Positions 59,101 through 64,000 of a stretch of DNA of 64,000 bases are shown here, one piece after another (position 1 is the first letter of the stretch; each line of letters opens with the position of its first letter). The notes beneath the pieces were generated by a model. That model had not been told where the DNA came from and did not search any database. It saw only the letters and a program-made list of their open reading frames with translations. The position numbers and the translations under genes were made by a program. The stretch comes from an uncultured cyanobacterium (GTDB taxonomy: Bacteria; Cyanobacteriota; Cyanobacteriia; PCC-9006; JAAUQQ01), in NCBI GenBank assembly GCA_963718615.1, contig OY970368.1, positions 3,968,001-4,032,000 on the forward strand. The letters are read 5' to 3'.

Positions 59101-61922
59101 CGGTTTCGGGAATCACGAATTTTCGGGGCACCCATCGGTTTGCGTTTTTTCATCAGCCAAAGCACTACCCCAGCGGTCAGTACCGGGGTTAGCGGCGAAG
59201 GCTCGGGCACGGAGGTGTTTGCCTGTAGCGGGTTGAAGGGTTTTTCTAGGGTTTCCTCGCCCGATTCGACGGTGCGGTCAAATCGATCCGCTGCGGCTTC
59301 TGCCTCGGCGAGGAGGCGACGCTGTTCGTCGTTGACCAGGACAATCATCGATGAGTAGGGGGTGACGATTTGGTGCTGTTTGGCGATCCGATGAATGCCA
59401 TCTAAGGCTTCTGCGGTGGTATCTAGGCGACGGCTCAGGTGCTGAATCAACTGTCGGGCGGCGAGCGGGGTAACGTCAGGGGCGATCGACCCATTCGAGG
59501 GTTTAGCGAGGGCTTGGACCGACCAAGCATAACCATCGACTACGGTTTGAGCGCTGAGTTTGGCTTGGGTTGCGGCCCGCTGGAGGACGGGGGCGATCGC
59601 CCGTTCGGCTCCCCCGCCACTGTCTTGCATCAGCTTCAGCACCCCATCATCATAGGCCGGGGGAAGTTTCCCCAAATGCACCATCCAAAGCGGTGCTTCC
59701 ACTGCCGGTAACTGACCCCCCTCTGTGGAAAGCTCGTAGGTATCCCCATCGGTCAGAACCACAATGCCATCGTAGGCAGTCTTGCCCTTGAGCTGGTCAA
59801 ACTGTTGGAGCATGGTTTTGAGCTCTAGGCTGCCGTAGAAAGAAACCTGAGCAGGATTAAACTGCCGCAGATCGTCTAGGCGTTCCGGTTGGGCTTGGCT
59901 AGCAGCCGTTAAGAACAGGTCGGCGTCGTTGTTGTTGAACTGATTGTCGGCAAAGCCTTGGTGCTTCAGCCATTGGAAGGCTTCTGCTAGTTCCTGGGGA
60001 TGTTGGGCCATGCTGCGAGAGCGATCGAGGACGATCGCCCAACGCTGTCCCTGGGGAAGAACATAATCTTGAGGCTGGAGGGGCTGTGCTGTGATTCCGT
60101 AGCCCTCTAGTTCAATGTGATGCTGCTCAGGAGGGGCTTGGGATTGGGCAAGCAGAAAAGCCGGTAGCCAAGGTTCCGGATCCTGACCCTGGCTAGACGG
60201 ACTCAATCTTTCCCCATTCACCCTTTCCCCATTCACCCAGCGTTGGGTTTTGCCAGTCCAGAAAATATTGCGCTTCTCCCCCAGTTGCGGCAATGGCCAG
60301 CCCTGGTCCGTCTTCATCACCTGGTAGGTCATCCAGAGATGCATTTCCGTCGGCTGGTTTTCTAGGCGCGTGCCATCAGCGGCCCAGCCGGGTACCTGAG
60401 GCGGTACGGGAAAGGCGCGTAGCCGATAGTGCCGAGGCCCCACCTGTTCGAGCAGGGCGGGATCCACGGGATTGACTCGTTGTACCTGGGAATTGTAGAC
60501 CTTTTGGGCCGCGCCTCGGGGAGAGACCTGGGGCTGAAAGCGTTGGCTCAGATCCGCTGTGTCGCCCAGCCACAGCCCCGTTAACACTGCACTTTCCGGC
60601 AGCGAAAAGGAGTAATAGACTTCCTGAACATCATTGGTTTGATTTTTGTAGACCTCGTGGAGTTCCACCTCGGCCCAGTCGCCCCGCTCGGTGACATCCA
60701 ACCGCTGTTGCGCCAGCAAAACCTTTTCCTGATTAATATTCAGCAAGCCCGCCTTGGCCTGATCTCGATTGGCTGTGGCATTGAGGGCCTTGCGGATGGC
60801 GACGCTTTCGGCTTTTTGAATAGGCTGGTCAAAAAATTGAGCGTAGAGTTTGGCGGCTTTTTGAGCGTCGTTTTGACCTTGGCTTTGGTAGAGAAACGGC
60901 GAAAACAGTTGGCTATAGAGCGACTGTAACCGTTGGGGGAGGTCACCGCTCTCGGGAAAGGTTTGTTCGTAGATGTTCTGAATATGATTGTTGTCTTTGA
61001 CAGAACTGATATAACGGTAATCCGCAAGATAGGCATTGAGCAATCCTTGGCGGATTCTGTCGGATTGGCGCAGAAGCTGCTGTTCCTGTTGGGGCGTACT
61101 GGCGGCGGTTTTCAGCAGGGCAAAGGCTTGGGTTTGGGGTTGATGGTTGAGCTGATTGAGGACTAAACACCAAGTGGCGAGCGTTGCCAGACCGAGGGCG
61201 ATCGCCTTCCCCCGTCCCCACTGTCGACCCAATTGGCGAGCCCCTTCCTGCCCCGTTTGGATATAGAGCCCCACGAGCATCACCGGAGCCGTGATCAACA
61301 GCGTGGCGCTCAGCCAAAGCAGAATCAGGCCTGCCGGTGCCGCCAGAAATAGCCCAGCCCCGTCCTGGCGCAGGGCATCCCAAAAGACACTAACCCAGCT
61401 AAACGAGAAAAATCCTTCGAGGAGCACATAGGCGCTGGGGATCGCATAGAACAGCAGTAGACTGCCGCCATAGAGACCCATCAAAAGCATGAGGCTGTGG
61501 AGGATGGCCTGGGCGATCGCCCACCCCCGCTGCCGCGCATACCCTCTAATTAAATACAACCCAAAGGCACCCATACTCAGCAGCAGACTGCCCAGCAGCC
61601 AATTGCCCGCCGGACTCAGCTCCCGCAGGGCAAAGAGCCGCACCAGACAGAGCAGAAAGAGGGGAATTTCAACCCCATAGAAAAGACTGAGAATTTTGCG
61701 CGGCTGCTTGATGAAGCGCAGGCCCAGCCCGATGGCGCACACCGGAACCAACAGCAGCAACGCTAACGAAATCGCGAAGATGGTGGGAACTTGGCCGAGG
61801 GCGATCGCCTGAATCAGCGGCCATCCCACCGTCGGCAAAATCCCCAAATACACGATGTAAACGAATAAAAAATTCCAAAGCCAAAACGTACTCTGGGCAA
61901 AAATCGCAAAAAAAAGCTTCAT
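59097..61922 (-). CDS. TIGR02921-type PEP-CTERM integral membrane protein
   Basis: Multi-TM N-terminus, VIT-like and vWA-like (DRSRS) regions, C-terminal VPEP-hydrophobic-KKRK. Confidence 0.85.
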   Translation of the reverse strand: MKLFFAIFAQSTFWLWNFLFVYIVYLGILPTVGWPLIQAIALGQVPTIFAISLALLLLVPVCAIGLGLRFIKQPRKILSLFYGVEIPLFLLCLVRLFALRELSPAGNWLLGSLLLSMGAFGLYLIRGYARQRGWAIAQAILHSLMLLMGLYGGSLLLFYAIPSAYVLLEGFFSFSWVSVFWDALRQDGAGLFLAAPAGLILLWLSATLLITAPVMLVGLYIQTGQEGARQLGRQWGRGKAIALGLATLATWCLVLNQLNHQPQTQAFALLKTAASTPQQEQQLLRQSDRIRQGLLNAYLADYRYISSVKDNNHIQNIYEQTFPESGDLPQRLQSLYSQLFSPFLYQSQGQNDAQKAAKLYAQFFDQPIQKAESVAIRKALNATANRDQAKAGLLNINQEKVLLAQQRLDVTERGDWAEVELHEVYKNQTNDVQEVYYSFSLPESAVLTGLWLGDTADLSQRFQPQVSPRGAAQKVYNSQVQRVNPVDPALLEQVGPRHYRLRAFPVPPQVPGWAADGTRLENQPTEMHLWMTYQVMKTDQGWPLPQLGEKRNIFWTGKTQRWVNGERVNGERLSPSSQGQDPEPWLPAFLLAQSQAPPEQHHIELEGYGITAQPLQPQDYVLPQGQRWAIVLDRSRSMAQHPQELAEAFQWLKHQGFADNQFNNNDADLFLTAASQAQPERLDDLRQFNPAQVSFYGSLELKTMLQQFDQLKGKTAYDGIVVLTDGDTYELSTEGGQLPAVEAPLWMVHLGKLPPAYDDGVLKLMQDSGGGAERAIAPVLQRAATQAKLSAQTVVDGYAWSVQALAKPSNGSIAPDVTPLAARQLIQHLSRRLDTTAEALDGIHRIAKQHQIVTPYSSMIVLVNDEQRRLLAEAEAAADRFDRTVESGEETLEKPFNPLQANTSVPEPSPLTPVLTAGVVLWLMKKRKPMGAPKIRDSRNR

Positions 61923-62017
61923 GGTCAGCCCTGGCATCGAGCCGCAACAACGGGGCAAATTCCCTTGGAAAGATCCACACCCAGCATGAGTGTTTTTCCG
62001 GAGGCTTGTCTGAACGC

Positions 62018-62614
62018 TTAGAAAATGCGATCGCGCCGATAGGGCTCCTTCCGAACCTGCTCAAACCGACCCATCAAATAGGCCACGCCAAAATCCCCAT
62101 TGGGATGTTTTTCTAGCAAGTCCGCAACCCAGAACACCTGTTCCGCTAAATCTGGCCCAAGTTTGTCGAGAATGGCCTGCCGCTCTTGATCCGCCAGCTC
62201 CTTTTTGCGCACTCGGTTTTGCCAGTCCGTCGAGAACAGCCGATGGATGGCCGTATGAAACCCCAGCTTCTCTAGGATGTTCCACTCGCCGCGATCGCAC
62301 CAAATGCCATTACAGCTAGGACAGCGCTCAACGTAAAACACCGGTCGGTACCCCACCTTCGCCCGCGAGAGATAACTGCCGCATTCAGGACAAAGCGCCG
62401 CTTTGGTGTCGTAGGGGGGCTGAATAAACTCCACGTCGACGCTGTCGGGCAAGCGACCCGGATCGGGCTCAGTTTGAGACTGACTTTTTTGCCAAACCTT
62501 ATATTCCTCTGCGGGAATCCAGTGGCCCTTACAGTCAGAACAATAATGGGCACGAAGCTGATCCGTCAGATAAATCTCAGACAGGAGGGTTTTCCGATCT
62601 TTAGGACAGAGCAC
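62018..62614 (-). CDS. zf-TFIIB-like double zinc-ribbon protein
   Basis: CPKD..CSDCKGHW and CPEC..CPSCNGIWCDRGEW. Confidence 0.85.
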   Translation of the reverse strand: MLCPKDRKTLLSEIYLTDQLRAHYCSDCKGHWIPAEEYKVWQKSQSQTEPDPGRLPDSVDVEFIQPPYDTKAALCPECGSYLSRAKVGYRPVFYVERCPSCNGIWCDRGEWNILEKLGFHTAIHRLFSTDWQNRVRKKELADQERQAILDKLGPDLAEQVFWVADLLEKHPNGDFGVAYLMGRFEQVRKEPYRRDRIF

Positions 62615-62798
62615 GTGGGTTCAGGGGGCTAAAGGATTCGCAAGATCTCAAGGCTAAGGTGTGAGGATAGCGAAAAGTCAAGCGACCACACCGCTAATAC
62701 AGCTTCAAGCCGTTAGCAGTAAGCACTTTAGTGCCGAGTGAAGGACTGATTTTGTACTTTAGCATTCTTGCCCTGAATCGCAAGGTCTTAGGTAGCGA

Positions 62799-63221
62799 TT
62801 ATGACGTTGTATCTAGTGCTGCGTCTGGCGTTGCGTCTGGCGTTGCGTCTGAAGTTGCAGCTGAAAGGATTTGTCGTAGACCTTGGCAATAGTCTGCCAG
62901 CAATCGGAGGCGATCGCCAATCTGCTGATAGCGCTGTTGACGAGTCGCAGCCTGACGAGCACTCTGCAAAAACAAAAGATCCGTCTGGAGGAGCCGCATC
63001 TGTTTGCGCATTTCCGTTTGGACCGATTGTAAAAGGGCGGCTTGTCGGGGGGCGCTTGCCCCCTCCCAGGACTTAACCTGTTGTTGGTAATGGCGCTGGA
63101 CTGCGGCCCAAGCGGGAGCCAGGTTCTCCTGCTGCGCCACGGCCTGGGTCATGGCGGCTAGGGCCTGCTCTAAGGCCTCTAGGGCGGAATCATAGATTTC
63201 TGGCAACAAAAAATCGTTCAT
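62799..63221 (-). CDS. patD: PatD family protein
   Basis: QSVQTEM.KQMRLL.TDL.FLQ.ARQ..T...R..QI.DRL..L..YC; divergent from rel. Confidence 0.82.
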   Translation of the reverse strand: MNDFLLPEIYDSALEALEQALAAMTQAVAQQENLAPAWAAVQRHYQQQVKSWEGASAPRQAALLQSVQTEMRKQMRLLQTDLLFLQSARQAATRQQRYQQIGDRLRLLADYCQGLRQILSAATSDATPDATPDAALDTTS

Positions 63222-63655
63222 TAATTCCGGAATTGTTAACGTCGTTAAGGAAATGTTAAGAATGAACGGAATTTTTCGGTATTATTGGACCTAATCTCCA
63301 GTTCTGCGGAGAATTTCTCTGGGAAAACTTTACCTATTGATGAAGAAAAGGTCGCTGAAGCCTGTCTTTTCTTTCTGTAGTCTGACGTTTTTTTTCAAAT
63401 GTTCTGACTGCCCCAATAATCGTCCAGGCTGAAGATGACGTCGTCAGGGTTAGTTAAGATCCCCTAAAAACTCTAGAATTTCTACCCTCGCATTTTTTGC
63501 AGAAGCGGTCATCCTAGAGTTATGGCGTGATTGAAGCAGCGACTCCGCTTTAATTTAAATCTTCTTATTCTGGATTACCCATTGGATTCATCTTTTGAGG
63601 GATCAACACCGATCTCTCATTGGTTTCCCCTCTCTCTTTTCTTGGACTTCGAGCT

Positions 63656-64000
63656 ATGAACGTTGCGATCGCCACGGCCCTGCCCACGACCCAAGCCCCT
63701 TCTTCCCCAAGCTACTCTGGCACAGGTTCTAGCCCTGATCCGGGCGAGGAATCTCAAGTTTCAACTCAAGCCTCGAAGGATTACGAAATTACGGTCCCGG
63801 CATGGTTGCAAAGTTGTTTGCTCAGTCAAGCGCCAGCCCTTCTCGAAGGTGAAGCCGCCCCCGATCCTGCCGCTGTCTCTCAAGGGGGATCCGGTGATTT
63901 AGTGTGTCGGGCATTTCAGTTGGCCTACACCCTGCACGAAGGGCAGTTTCGGAAGTCCGGTGAGCCCTATATTTTACATCCGCTGGCAGTGGCAGAATTG
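63656..64000 (+). CDS. spoT: Bifunctional (p)ppGpp synthetase/hydrolase, 5' part only (runs off the window)
   Basis: Manual translation from ATG 63656: ...RAFQLAYTLHEGQFRKSGEPYILHPLAVAEL; absent from the ORF track. Confidence 0.92.
   Translation, partial: MNVAIATALPTTQAPSSPSYSGTGSSPDPGEESQVSTQASKDYEITVPAWLQSCLLSQAPALLEGEAAPDPAAVSQGGSGDLVCRAFQLAYTLHEGQFRKSGEPYILHPLAVAEL

Larger units (their letters stand above)
1..64000. repeat. HIP1 (GCGATCGC) highly iterated palindrome
   Basis: Dozens of copies in coding and intergenic DNA, often extended to GGCGATCGCC. Confidence 0.97.

Noticed and set aside
63663-63902. 79-aa ORF in the track
   Set aside because: Alternative frame overlapping the real relA/spoT frame starting at 63656

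Overview
This is a chromosomal window from a phycoerythrin-containing cyanobacterium; the HIP1 octamer GCGATCGC recurs throughout. It is mostly core genes: gun4, murQ, ycf4, psbDC, a GyrA-box-less gyrA/parC paralog, lipA, sigA, obgE, plsY, mlaE, plmA, labA, trhO, patD and a partial relA/spoT. It also carries a divergent hcpR-hcp module with a perfect operator, a ~12 kb phycobilisome island (cpcE-cpcA-cpcB-cpeR-T-S-E-D-C-cpcL-pentapeptide on the minus strand, then cpeU-pebA-pebB on the plus strand), and an orphan kaiB-like gene paired with a PAS histidine kinase. I found no rRNA, tRNA, CRISPR array, transposase or prophage. The best leads are (1) an unannotated ~115-nt multi-stem RNA candidate at 41064-41178, (2) a repeated G-rich to C-rich switch centred on HIP1 sites, (3) an L-box-like repeat embedded in a long hairpin in the cpeC leader, (4) the kaiB-like/kinase pair without kaiC, and (5) short tandem duplications at gene boundaries. 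All calls come from reading the sequence and recalling family motifs; no searches were run.
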